A stretch of 64,000 nucleotides of DNA from Octopus vulgaris. Lineage: Eukaryota. The stretch lies in NCBI GenBank assembly GCA_951406725.2, contig OX597823.1, forward strand, positions 49,414,001 through 49,478,000. The letters run 5' to 3'. Positions within the stretch are counted from its first letter, which is position 1. The number at the start of each line of letters is the position of its first letter. The position numbers and the translations under genes were made by a program. Positions 26,808 through 38,700 of this stretch are shown here, piece after piece. Under the pieces are notes generated by a model. The model was not told where the DNA came from. It saw only the letters and a list, made by a program, of their open reading frames with translations, and did not search any database.

Positions 26808-27300
26808 ATGACTGGATTCTCTTGCTTGTGTAGCCTGGTGCAAAGACCTGTTGCCAAACATAGAGTTTTCCAGTAACCACCCTCTTGACCCATGGCAGTA
26901 CTACCTCTTCCAGGCACTTGATGCAGGCCTTTGTATTGTGTCTGAAGCTATGTAGAAAGATGAATGGAGGCATAACGTTGTCATCACTAGTGATCACTTC
27001 AAACACCATGATGTTGACTGGTTGTTTGATTTTTATCACCCTCCGTATATGTCCTCAAATTGCACTGTCCTGAGATTGACACTCAAACATTCTGAAATGT
27101 TCATATTGGTGCTTCCAACATGAATGCCAAGCAGTACAGCATGTTGTTTTCAAATTTCTGGCAGACTGAATCGCATCATGGTGTTTTTTTCTCACAGACG
27201 GTGCCCAACTGACCTTACTATATATTGTGTAATCAACAAAATCAAAAACAAACAATGCACATGCATGAAATTAAAAGTATAAAATGGTGACAATTTACCC

Positions 27301-27302
<2 letters not shown>
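26808..27302 (-). mobile_element. Tc1/mariner (maT/DD37D-like) relic
   Basis: KQPVNIMVFEVITSDDNVMPPFIF..CLEEVVLPWVKRV..YVWQQVFAPGYTSKRIQS; end sequence cagggtaaattgtcacc. Confidence 0.75.
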
Positions 27303-27338
<36 letters not shown>

Positions 27339-28590
27339 TTTCCATCAATTAAATGCACCCCAGAATGATTGTGTTGACCCAAGCCTATGCTAATAGATTA
27401 TTATCAAAAGAACCTTCCACTTAAATTGAACCAGGGACAATGTGGTTTCAAAAGGAGTGCCTTAACTATGCAGCAGCAGCCATACTTAACTAGATCTTAA
27501 ACCAAACACCTAAGCGTGTTTGATCTGGCTAATATTTTTATATGTGTTAATTATATAAGTAGGAGTCTAATTAGAAAAGGGTCAAAGTTTGGTAGTGGTT
27601 GGTTGTGAAGCATTATTCATTTGCAGATTAGCTGTAGTTGCTAAACCTGCAACAATTTAATCTAACCATGCACACAATAATTCTTTGCAAGTTTTGTTGG
27701 TTAAAAATGCTGATGACTCATTCACTGCTCCATCAGAGGGTGAAGTAATATAAAACAGCCTCCTTCAGAAAGTTAATCTACCAACCAGAGGCTTGAGAAA
27801 TGACACACATTATTTGCCAATGGTAACAGTGGGTTTATAACTAACAAAAAAGATATGAGTTGCATACAGTGGAAAATTATTTAGAACATTTTCAAAATAG
27901 AAAAAGCTTCATGATGAAGCAAATATGATGTACCTGGCAGATTATCCAGACTGCTGTAGAGACAGAATAGTTATTGTGTTTCATGGAAGCATAGGGAAAA
28001 TATTCCAATTAATTTGTGTTCCCCATTGAATGGAATTGATTTGCTCCAGTTTCTGAAAAATTACTAAGAATAGAATCCCTACTGTTGTTATATATTTATG
28101 TCTGGTATTATATCATGTACATCATAGATATTAATTAGCATAATAACCATGACAATTATCTTTTTATTAGATTAAGTGTCCAAAGATTCAAGGCTTGGGC
28201 ATCATTTAATTGTTGTTTCAGATGTTTTTATTGTTGTTGCTGTGGTTTAGCTCCAAGTTGCATCTGACCAAGCAGACCTCTGATCAAAAGTGTTCTAGCC
28301 ATTACTAGGCTGTCCTCAGATCACTCACAACATAATATTTTTAATCAGCTTAAAATTCAGAGTCATCTTCCCTTGCTTTTCTTGATGAGAATTAATCATT
28401 AGCATAATGATTTTGCTTCACATCCCTCACCACATCTGCAATTTTAATTAATTAATTAATTAAAATTTCTTGGCTTACTACATCAAGTACGCTAGCACTC
28501 AGTTTGCTACTTAATATATAAATAGTGTGTCCAAGACTACATTCTATATGGATGCAGACATGGCTGGGTGCTAAGAAACATCTTCTACTA

Positions 28591-28915
28591 TATGAGGTGG
28601 TGTCAAAAAGTTCCTGAACTAGTTATGTTTAATAAAAAATAATTTATTTACCTAAGTTTTAACATTATCTCCTTTGAAATAGTCACCTTATGCAGCAGTA
28701 CACTGGTCCCAGCATTCCTGCTATGTTTAGAATCCAGCCTGGAAGTCGTTTTCTATAAGTTGAGGACCTTCTATGATTCAATCTAGATCTCAACAATGGT
28801 GTTAAGCAGTGACCTTTGAGCTTCATCTTCATTTTGGGGAAGAGATGAAAGTCTTCAGGTGCTAAATCTGGTGAATAGGGCGAGTGCAGAAGCGATGCTA
28901 TATTGCTTTTAGGTG
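28591..28915 (-). mobile_element. Mariner 3' fragment
   Basis: HSPYSPDLAPEDFHLFPKMKMKLKG plus TIR-like tatgaggtggtgtcaaaaagttcc. Confidence 0.85.
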
Positions 28916-29049
28916 AGAAACCCACAAGTGCAGAGAGCTTAGTGACAGGATTCATTGTCATTGCAAGTGGTGAAGCTAAATTCATACCAGTCAGCATTTA
29001 TAGATTTTACCATAGGAATCAGTAACTGGTTTTGCAGAATGGTAATGTG

Positions 29050-29978
29050 AAAATTATACATCTTGGAAAATGTTGGTCTAACCAAGCATGCACAGTAAGA
29101 GCAAAAAAGGGTGATGCACCGTCCTGCTTGAATATTAGGTCACCAATGTTATCCCAGCCAGACCCTGTGAGCCACACATAATTTTCAAGCATCTGAAGAC
29201 AGCGGTCCACATTCATGGTGTCATGCAGAAGTAATGGGCCAACAACTCTTGTTGCTATCATTCCAAGCTTGCATCCTCTTAACCATCATGTTCAGATCCT
29301 TATCACACAACGCTAAGTAATGGCAGTTGTAACAATTGATGAAACCATCAACATGGAATACAACCTCGTCACTCCAGAGGATGTTTCCAAACAATTCAGG
29401 TCAATCTTCATGCCAACCTAGCATTAACTCACCATATTCCATTCTGTGGTCACAGTCTTTAGGTTTTAGCTCCTGCAAGTAATGGGGTTTCCACAGACAA
29501 AAATTGCAACACCATTTATATTGTGTATCACATTAGTCCACTTTCACAAGCTGCTTGATGTGCTGATTTTTGCAGGCTGTGATTAAACATTTCCTGCACT
29601 GTTGCTGTATTCTCGCTAATCAGGATGTGGTTGGATGGCCACTTCTTTCACAGAGCCTATAGTCATCAGCTTTGCATGACAACTTTTCATTGTCTCCCAA
29701 CACTGTGTTGCATGCTTACCTTTCTTTCTATGCATGCCACCATCTCTGAACCAAAACAATGAAATTCTACACTTCATAGTGTGCTACTAAATTAGCTCAC
29801 CCCTGAACAGTCAAGCATTTGGCCATCTGGAAAATTAGAAATAAGAAATAAGGCAAGGAAAAAATAAAAAATCCTCATTAGTGTCGTTGGTTTAAAGAAT
29901 GTCTCCATCATGACTTCAGTGATACTAAAAATTCTATAAGCAATTTCTTATGCCTAGTTACTTTCCACCAACCCCCTG
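29050..29978 (-). mobile_element. Tc1/mariner-superfamily relic (rosa/DD41D-like), 5' part
   Basis: VVGPLLLHDTMNVDRCLQMLENYVW..IFKQDGASPFFALTVHAWLDQHFP, upstream LWSDE motif, and a TA-flanked cagggg end. Confidence 0.75.
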
Positions 29979-30017
29979 TATATGCATTTGTGTGTGTATA
30001 TATATATATATATATAA

Positions 30018-30048
<31 letters not shown>

Positions 30049-30489
30049 TGTATGTATGTATGTATTATAACCTGGTCTGTCTGTGAGATGCAGCTTGGAA
30101 CTAAAGTGCGTGTGTATGAATGAATATATATATATATAAATGCATGTGAGTATGCGTGTGTGTGTATATGTGTGTGTGTATGTGTATTTGTATGTATGTA
30201 TCTATCTATGTGTTTGCTTTGTGTTTATGTTTTGTTTTGTGAAACTTGCCATAGAAATGGTTAACTTTTCTTTTGGAATGGGTAAGTAATTTTTTGTTTG
30301 ATTACCAGAGCAACATGAAGTCAAAAAGAAGACTGAGAACCATAAATAAAGATAAACTAAAATTCTTATTGGGGTGTGAGAGGAAAGAAAGGCAGAGGAC
30401 CCACAGTAATGATAACAGCAGACAGAGCTATGAAAAACTTTCGAAGTAATAAAATAATCATGAGAGTTAATTATGTAAACTATTTTATA

Positions 30490-30920
30490 TGTAATCAGGG
30501 CATGGGAAATAATAGGATGTTTATTGTTCCAGTGGAACTCCACCTAGACAGTTATCTTCTCAAATTCCACCAAACAGGTCATCACATGGGAACTGACAGT
30601 ACCCTAGAAAGACCTCGTGGGGGAGGCTCATGAGAGAAAGTTTGCCAAATACCAAGAGATGTTAATGCTGTGCAGAAGCCAGGATTGTTGAGCATGTTGT
30701 GAGGCAATTGTGTGAGCAATCCATTCTGCATGACACAGATTGGACTTGGAATTACTGAGGCAGCAAAGAGGCAGGCTATAAATTCCATCACCAAAGCTGT
30801 AGAGAAAGCCGTTAGGTGGCTTTGGATAAAGAGGACAGACTGATGGCTTGCTGCCACTGGGATGCAATATGGGACTTCACTGACCCTGGCTGAGTGAGGG
30901 GTCTGATGCTGAAAAACTTG
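30490..30920 (+). pseudogene. Hero-like (R2 group) non-LTR retrotransposon 3' fragment, restriction-like endonuclease domain
   Basis: QVITWELTVP*KDLVGEAHERKFAKYQEM..LGITEAAKRQAINSITKAVEKAVRWLWIKR matches the ELTVPWE..ERK..KY..EKASRWLW.KR pattern. Confidence 0.8.
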
Positions 30921-30929
30921 AAAGCCACT

Positions 30930-31295
30930 AAGGCTGTTTTCCATGCTGGCATGGGTTCGACAGTCTGACAGGAGCTGGCAAGCCAGAAGTCTGCTCCAGG
31001 CTCCAGTTGTCTGTTTTCACATGGTTTACATAGCTGGATGCACTTCTTAGTGCCAACCACTTTGCAGAGTGTACTGGGTACTTTCTACGTGACACCAGCA
31101 CCAGTGTTTTCTATGAGGCACTAGCATAAGAACTTTTTAAATAGAACCAGCACAGGAACCATTTACATGGCACCAACATGAGTGCTTTTTACATGACACT
31201 AACATAGATGCTTTTATGTGGGTGCTTTTTGCATGGCAGCAGTATGGGTGCTTTTTACATGGCACCAGTATAGGTGCTTTTTATGTGGTACCACC
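30930..31295 (-). mobile_element. RTE 3' module with a degenerate 26-nt tandem array
   Basis: ccatgctggcatgggtt..gctggatgc..gccaaccac, then about 8 ggtgctttttacatggcacc-like units. Confidence 0.75.
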
Positions 31296-31792
31296 CCGGG
31301 TATGGTCCCTACATTGCAATGTTCTTCCCCTCCTGCTTCACCCAAGATGTAACAAATTTTGTTTTACTATGTTTCAGAATATTATATCTTATTTATTAAA
31401 ACTTTTATCTTTTATTGTGTCTGGTGAGAGTCATTCTCTTTTAGTGCCTTATTAATTTAACACTCTCACCGATTTTCACTCATTTACTTATTTATTTTTA
31501 CTAAAATTTTCATTGCAACTTGCAACTTTTTCAATAGTGTTTTATTTTTTATTTTCTATCAGTTATTAGATTGCTGCCATGATGGTGCACCACCTTCAAG
31601 AGTTTTCCTCAAACAAATTACTCCCAGTTATTGATCACACACACGCACACACACAAGTAAACCACGTGGTGGCCTTTGTAAGAAATTCTGTGTCCAGGTA
31701 TCAAATGGATCATATATCCCAAAAAAGAAGCACACTCTGAAAGTTGGAGCAGAAATTTGTAGTTACATGAAGTTAAATAGATATATATGTGA

Positions 31793-32240
<448 letters not shown>

Positions 32241-32544
32241 AAAAGAATAACAGAATACATACTGGATTATCATGCATTTGATTTACATGTCTACTCTTTA
32301 AGGAATGATCTTGGATTAACACAACAACTTGCATAAAAGAAAACAAATCTCTTAAGTCGTAGTTTTCAGTGACATTTCTCAGAAGCTTAATGTATTTTTG
32401 CATACCTGTAGTTTGTTTTGAGTACACTTAATATAGTTTGTATTGAGTACACTGTATTAAGTTTCTAACCATTCTTTTCCTACTTTTCAGTCAATCCCTG
32501 TTTCTAAAGTGCATTAAGATTTTGTGGTTCTAGTAGCTAATTAA

Positions 32545-32759
32545 CCCTTTAGCGTTTAAACCAGCCTTATCAAATATTCTACCTGTTTTAGGTTTAAATT
32601 GGCTGAATCCAGCCTCTCACACCTACCCAACAATGTCATTCTAAATATAAACAGTTACATTATCAAAATCTTGAAGCTAGATGATAATGTATGATTCATT
32701 CAAAGCAATATGAATAAATAAGTATTACATTTGACAGAGTAATCTGAGAGCTAAAAGGG
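32545..32759 (+). mobile_element. piggyBac-type MITE family 2
   Basis: ttaa CCCTTTAGC..GCTAAAAGGG t ttaa; an inverted relative lies at 45380-45597. Confidence 0.8.
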
Positions 32760-33456
32760 TTTAAACAGCTTGAACCTCTGCAACTTCATATACCTATAGG
32801 ATTTATGTAGGCAAGGAGAAGATTCCAGAAGCTGAAGAAATGAAGTCAGTGTTTAATGTGAACTCTAGAAATGAATCTAAATAAAAATGGTGAACAGAAT
32901 CTGTATAGTAACCGTAGCTAAGACAGAAAGAGAAACAGTATTTTGATGTGTTTGCTACTAAAGTAATCTGTGGTGTAAGTATTTACCAACCAACCAGCCA
33001 ACGAACCACCCAAGTGGCCTGTTTTGCACTGCTGTCTAGGATGGTTGTATGAGTAGCAGATGCAGATGCACTATTTTAGATGCATAATCAGTATTCTAAT
33101 ATGAGTCCTATTTACGCTTTGGAAAGAATATTTTCTTCTACTGAAGACTTTGAGGTGTAATTTTGGCAATGCTATAGATGAGGTTGATGTCATTCCTGTT
33201 CAGCTCAAACATTTTCAGGTTCTTTCGGGCAGTCATCATGAAAGACCATCAGAGATTCTTTGAGTGTTTTAGCTGTCTGTTATTCATGAGTAAGGAAGGT
33301 ATACCATTTCAAAACTGTGTAGTGGTTTCATCTTGGTGCTATCAAAAGAAACAAGGCTGCTATCTTCTGATTGCAGGATGTTCTCAAGTTTTCTCTACAT
33401 AAAATCGGTAAAAGTCTTCTGTCTCAACAGTTGTTTGTTTATACTAACTAATATAA

Positions 33457-33912
33457 GTGCAGGCATGGATGTGTGGTAAGAGGCTTGATTCCCATCAACA
33501 TAGTTCTTGGTTCAGTCCCACTGCGTGGTACCTAACACAAGTGTCTTCTACTAGTCCCATTGCGTAGCACCTTGAGCGAATGTCTTCTACTATAGCCTCG
33601 GGCCGACCAAAGCCTTGTGAGTGGATTTGGTAGACGGAAACTGAAAGAAGCCTGTCATATATATGTATATATATTTATATATGTATGTGTGTGTGTATAT
33701 GTTTGTGTGTCTGTGTTTGTACCCTCAACATCGCTTGACAACCAATGCAGGTGTGTTTACGTCCCCGTAACTTAGCAGTTCGGCAAAATAGACCGATAGA
33801 ATAAGTACTAGGTTTACAAAGAGTAAGTCCTGGGGTTCGATTTGCTTGACTAAAGGCGGTGCTCCAGCATGGCCACAGTCAAATGACTGAAACAAGTAAA
33901 AGAGTAAAAGAA
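33457..33912 (+). mobile_element. SINE family A with a duplicated head segment
   Basis: Family A match; the agtccca.tgcgt.g.acc..gtcttctacta segment occurs twice. Confidence 0.85.
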
Positions 33913-33959
33913 TGGCCTAACAATTTGGCCAGCTTGCTGCCTCGTATAAAATGAGATAG

Positions 33960-34190
33960 CGATTCCAAATTTCGTCACGAGACCTGTAATTTTGGGAGAG
34001 GTGGGGTGGGGTGGGGGGGTAAGTCGATTGCCTCAATCCCAGTGTTTTAACTGGTACTGATTTTTATCAACCCTGAAAGGAAGAAATGCAAAGTCAACCA
34101 CAGCAGAATTTGAACTCAGAATGTAAAGACAGACAAAATACTGCTAAACATTTTGCCTGGTGTGCTAAAGATTCTGCCTGCTTGCTGCCT
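33960..34190 (-). mobile_element. SINE family B
   Basis: Reverse complement of family B. Confidence 0.8.
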
Positions 34191-34399
34191 TATATAAAAT
34201 GGAACATTAAATTACTAATATACTGGATTATAGTAGACTCTTGTACATTTGCACCATTATAAGATTCTTTTAAGGCAAGTTTAGATTTATAAAGAGAGAT
34301 GCCTATTATACATGGTGGAGTAATATACATAGACTTTTATGCTATATATAGTTATGTATATGTTTATATATATTTGTGTATATGTGTCTGATGAAGTTA

Positions 34400-34620
34400 C
34401 CTTCTCAAGCCTGACTCATAAGGGACAGTTTCCCAGTTTCCATGGCATACATATTCCCCACCTAGACAGGATTACTCATTTTTGCCAGCTGAGTGAACTG
34501 AAGCAATGAGAAATGAAGTATTTTGCTCAAGAACTCAATGCATTGCCGGGTCCAGGAACTGAAACCACAATCTTACAATCATGTTTCCAACACCCAAATG
34601 ACTTAGTCACACTCCTTCAC
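34400..34620 (-). mobile_element. SINE family D-like copy
   Basis: cagctgagtgaactgaagcaa..ttgctcaagaac is shared with 2565-2895. Confidence 0.6.
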
Positions 34621-34634
34621 ATATATGTGTCTAC

Positions 34635-35035
34635 GTTTCTTATTTCTTTATTGCCCACAAGGGGCTAAACATAGAGGGGACAAACAAGGACAGACAAAGA
34701 GATTAAGTCAATTACATCAACCCCAGTGTGTAACTGGTACTTAATACGAAAGGCAAAGTTGACCTCAGAGGAATTTGAACTCAGAACGTAGCGGCAGATG
34801 AAATACCTATTTCTTTACTACCCATAAGGGGCTAAACACAGAGGGGACAAACAAGGACAGACAAACGGATTAAATCGATTGTATCGACCCCGAAAGGATG
34901 AAAGGCAAAGTTGACCTCAGCGGAATTTGAACTCAGAACATAATGGCAGACGAAATACCACTAAGCATTTCCCCTGGCGTGCTAACGATTCTGCCAGCTC
35001 ACCACCTTGCTAACATTTCTGCCACCTCGCCGCCT
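34635..35035 (-). mobile_element. SINE family B dimer
   Basis: Two copies of aaggggctaaaca.agaggggacaaacaaggacagacaaa..ggcaaagttgacctcag..gaactcagaac. Confidence 0.85.
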
Positions 35036-35819
35036 ATGTGTCTACATTTCTGTCAATGGGTATAGAACTGTGTATCAAACTGCCTCCCTTTACATTGAGC
35101 AGTAACTTATTCAGTCAATAAATATAGATAAGTGAAATAAGTACCAGACTGAAATAAGCATTGAGACACTATATATTTGACTAAAAGACCTTGAAAGCCA
35201 CACACTAGCATAATCACAACACAAAGACTGGAATCAGTAAAAGAATTATAGAATATAAATGTGTGTGTGTGTGTGTGTGTGTGTGCGTGCGTGCATGTGT
35301 GTGTGTGCATGTGTATGTGTGTGTGTGCATGTGTAATTACAATTAATTTACAGATTTAGGTTAGTTTACAAGTTATTATAGCAGCTGAGGAATTTTGGGG
35401 GTAATTTCAAGCAAGCATTTTAAGTGCTACAAAAGATCACTTCTGTCTTGTAATTTTCATATTTTCAATTGAATTTCTCCACTTGCCCTCTGCATTGAAG
35501 AAATAACTGTGAAGCTGCTGAGTTTTCTTTAAGTTTTTTAAATCTTACTTCTTTCTTCTCCATCAGTTTGCTTTTCAATGCAAGTATTATGGGGGGAACG
35601 TATGTGAAAGACAATTCAGTGGTTTAACAGAAAGAGAAGTATGGTGGAACGTAACATGTGACTGAAAGGTACAAACACAAATATTTTGGACATGAAGACA
35701 TTGAGTATTTAACTTTATTTTCAAAGTTTTTCATACTATTTTGTTACTGTATCTTCCAGTATAGTGGGAATTCAAAACCAAATCCCTGGATTTGTGGTCA
35801 GACATCATGAGTAAACCAC

Positions 35820-36900
35820 CATAGTTTCACATGATTAGTCTGTTAACTGACCAATCGGTGTGAAGTGATAGAGTAGACAGGTTTTCTTGAACATTCTAGA
35901 ATTTGACCTCCAGTCCCCTATAAAAACTGTTTGGTGAACATTTTTACCAGCCAGACAACTCAGGAAGGTGGCTAAGACAAATGGTGCTGATAGATGACAA
36001 AAACCTTCATCACCACAAATATAGCACACATGTTTCCAGTTGTGATGGGCAAGCCACAGGTTGTCGTATCAATAACTTGACCCTAACTCCAAACAGTCTG
36101 TCTCTTCCAGTATGTAATTTTTGCTGCTGTTATCTGTAAAATACCAATGCAATTGACATCATGTGCAATAAACATTTTCAAAGTTGTTCATACAGCTCAA
36201 GAAGCATATTTTCATTCATCAACTGAACCAGCTACCACAGTAGCTAACAGCAAAAGCCAACCCACAAGTCAATGTAATATATAGTGTATACATGTAGAGT
36301 AAACATTAAAATCTGCTGCATTTCACATAGAACTTTTGGTCCTCCAAAGTCATCTTGGTGTATATTGTATTCTGACACACTGCTCTGAATGACATCATCA
36401 GAAAGGGCTTCAACACAGCTGGTTCCCAGTTACAACTGGAGCTGGTAGGTCTTGACTGTAGGGGTGGTAAGGGTCTCAATGAAGTAACCCTTTTTCTATA
36501 CAAGGGAGGTAAATCCCTAAACTGAGATGCAATGTGCTGTAACACATTCTCCACCTCCAGCCTTGCCACATTGGCTGCAAACCCTGACATCATCACTTGC
36601 AATGCAGAAAAGAGGAAGATAACCAAATACTGGAGCTTGACCATCTGCTTTTTGTTCATTCTGGTCACCATTGAGACCTCAGGTGTTCAGAGGAGCCCAT
36701 ATACTGCTGATTTTCTCCATAAATTCAGACTAATACTGGTCTGTCTGAGAAATGAGTTCCCCAAGGTAAGGTGTCCATTGCAGCGAGTGTCCCAAGCCAT
36801 TTTCAGTGGCAATGCCTTTGATTGTATATCCACAGTGCATGGCTGAATACACTGTTCAGAGACTGGGGTGTACAGCCTGTTATTCCCTCCCATTTTCTTT
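35820..36900 (-). pseudogene. Possible decayed hAT transposase
   Basis: Ordered frameshifted motifs C(F)SHAL, WDTRCNG (TRWNS-like), VLKPF and KVFVI..SAP; weak. Confidence 0.35.
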
Positions 36901-37407
36901 TGTTGCTAAATTTCCTGTTACTTCTTCTTTGTTTCCTTGTTGAAGGAATTTTGGGGGCTGTTGTTTTGGTGGTCAATTTCTGATTTCATTTACATTTTCC
37001 TAAAGTGAAAGATCACCATAATTTTTCAATAATTTAATCTTTTATACTTTTATTTTTTTCCTTTTAAATACCACTTTAATATTGATTTCAAATTTTGGCA
37101 CAAGGTCTGCAATTTCAGAGGAAAGAACAAGTCGACTACATCAACCCTTGTGCTCAACTATGACATATTTTATCAACTCCGAAAGGATGAAAAGCAAAGT
37201 CAACCTCAGCAGAATTTGAACTCAGAACATAAAGCTGGCAAAAATGCTCCTAAACATATTTTAGGTAATTTTACTAAATTCATCCTTATTTTTAGACTTA
37301 ATTGAAATGAAGACAATATATTTGAAAAGAAAGATCATAACAAAATGATAGACTAGTGAATGAAAATAAAAAAGGGTAGACTAGCAGAATGAAAATATAA
37401 AGTTCCT

Positions 37408-38700
37408 ATAGCCTATGTGGTAAAAAGCTTGCTTCCCAATCACATGGCCCTGGGTTCAGTCTCACTGCATTGGCACCTTAGGCAAGTATCTTCTATTATA
37501 GCCTCAGGCCAACCAAAACCTTGTGAGTGAATTTGATTGATGAAAACTGAAAGAGTCCATTGTATGTGTGTGTGTGTGTGCATAAATTCTCTCTTTCTCT
37601 TTTACTTGTTTCAGTCATTTGACTGCAGCCATGCTGGAGCACCGCCTTTAATCAAGCAACTCGACCCCGGTACTTATTCTATCGGCCTCTTTTGCCGAAC
37701 TGCTAAGTAACGGGGACATAAACACACCAACATCAGTTGTCAAGCAATGCTAGGGGGACAAACACAGACACACAAGCATACACATGCATATATATATATA
37801 TATACATATATACGACGGGCTTCTTTCAGTTTCCGTCTGCAAATCCACTCACAAGGCTTTGGTCGACCCGAGGCTATAGTAGAAGACACTTGCCCAAGGT
37901 GCCACGCAGTGGGACTGAACCTGGAACCTTGTGGTTGGTAAACAAGCTACTTACCACACAGCCACTCCTGCACCTATATATAAATATATATACAAGACGG
38001 CGAGCTGGCAGAATCGTTAGCACGCTGGGTGAAATGCTACGTCTGTCGTTACGTTCTGAGTTCAAATTCCGCCGAGGTCGACTTTGACTTTCATCCTCTT
38101 GGGGTCGATAAATAAAGTACCAGTTTCACACTGGGTCGATGTAAACGACTTAATCCGTTTGTCTGTCCTTGTTTGTCCCCTCTATGTTTAGCCCCTTGTG
38201 GATAATAAAGAAATATATATATAAATAAAAAGCACCATCCGTCCGTGGCCATTTGCCAGCTCTGTCTGGCACCTGTGCGGGTGGCACGTAAAAAGCACCC
38301 ACTACCCTCACGGAGTGGTTGGCATTAGGAAGGGCATCCAGCCGTAGAAACACTGCCAGATCAGACTGGGCCTGGTGCAGCCTTCTGGCTTCACAGACCC
38401 CAGTTGAACCGTCCAACCCATGCTAGCATGGAAAGCGGACGCTAAATGATGATGGTGATGATGATGATGATGATATATATTGATGTGTATGTCTCCGTAT
38501 TTGTTCCCCACCACCACTTGACAATCAGTGTTCGTGTGTTTACATCCATGTAACTTAGCAGTTTGGCAAAAGAAACTAATAGAATAAGTATCAGGCTTTA
38601 AAAATTAAGTACGGGGTCGATTCATTCAACTAAAATTCTTCAAGGTGGTGCTCCAGCAAAGTCATAGTTTAATGAGTGAAACAAGTAAAAGATAAAAGAT
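37408..38700. mobile_element. Nested cluster: older SINE A(+) split by A(-) 37590-37975, B(+) 37996-38215 and an RTE 3' module(+) 38222-38475
   Basis: The A head ends in its microsatellite at about 37580 and the A tail resumes at about 38480; the inner copies retain their CpGs. Confidence 0.8.

Noticed and set aside
27936-28053. Minus-strand exon-like segment (ttttcag..cag/gtacat)
   Set aside because: Stops in all three frames and weak splice sites; no independent support.
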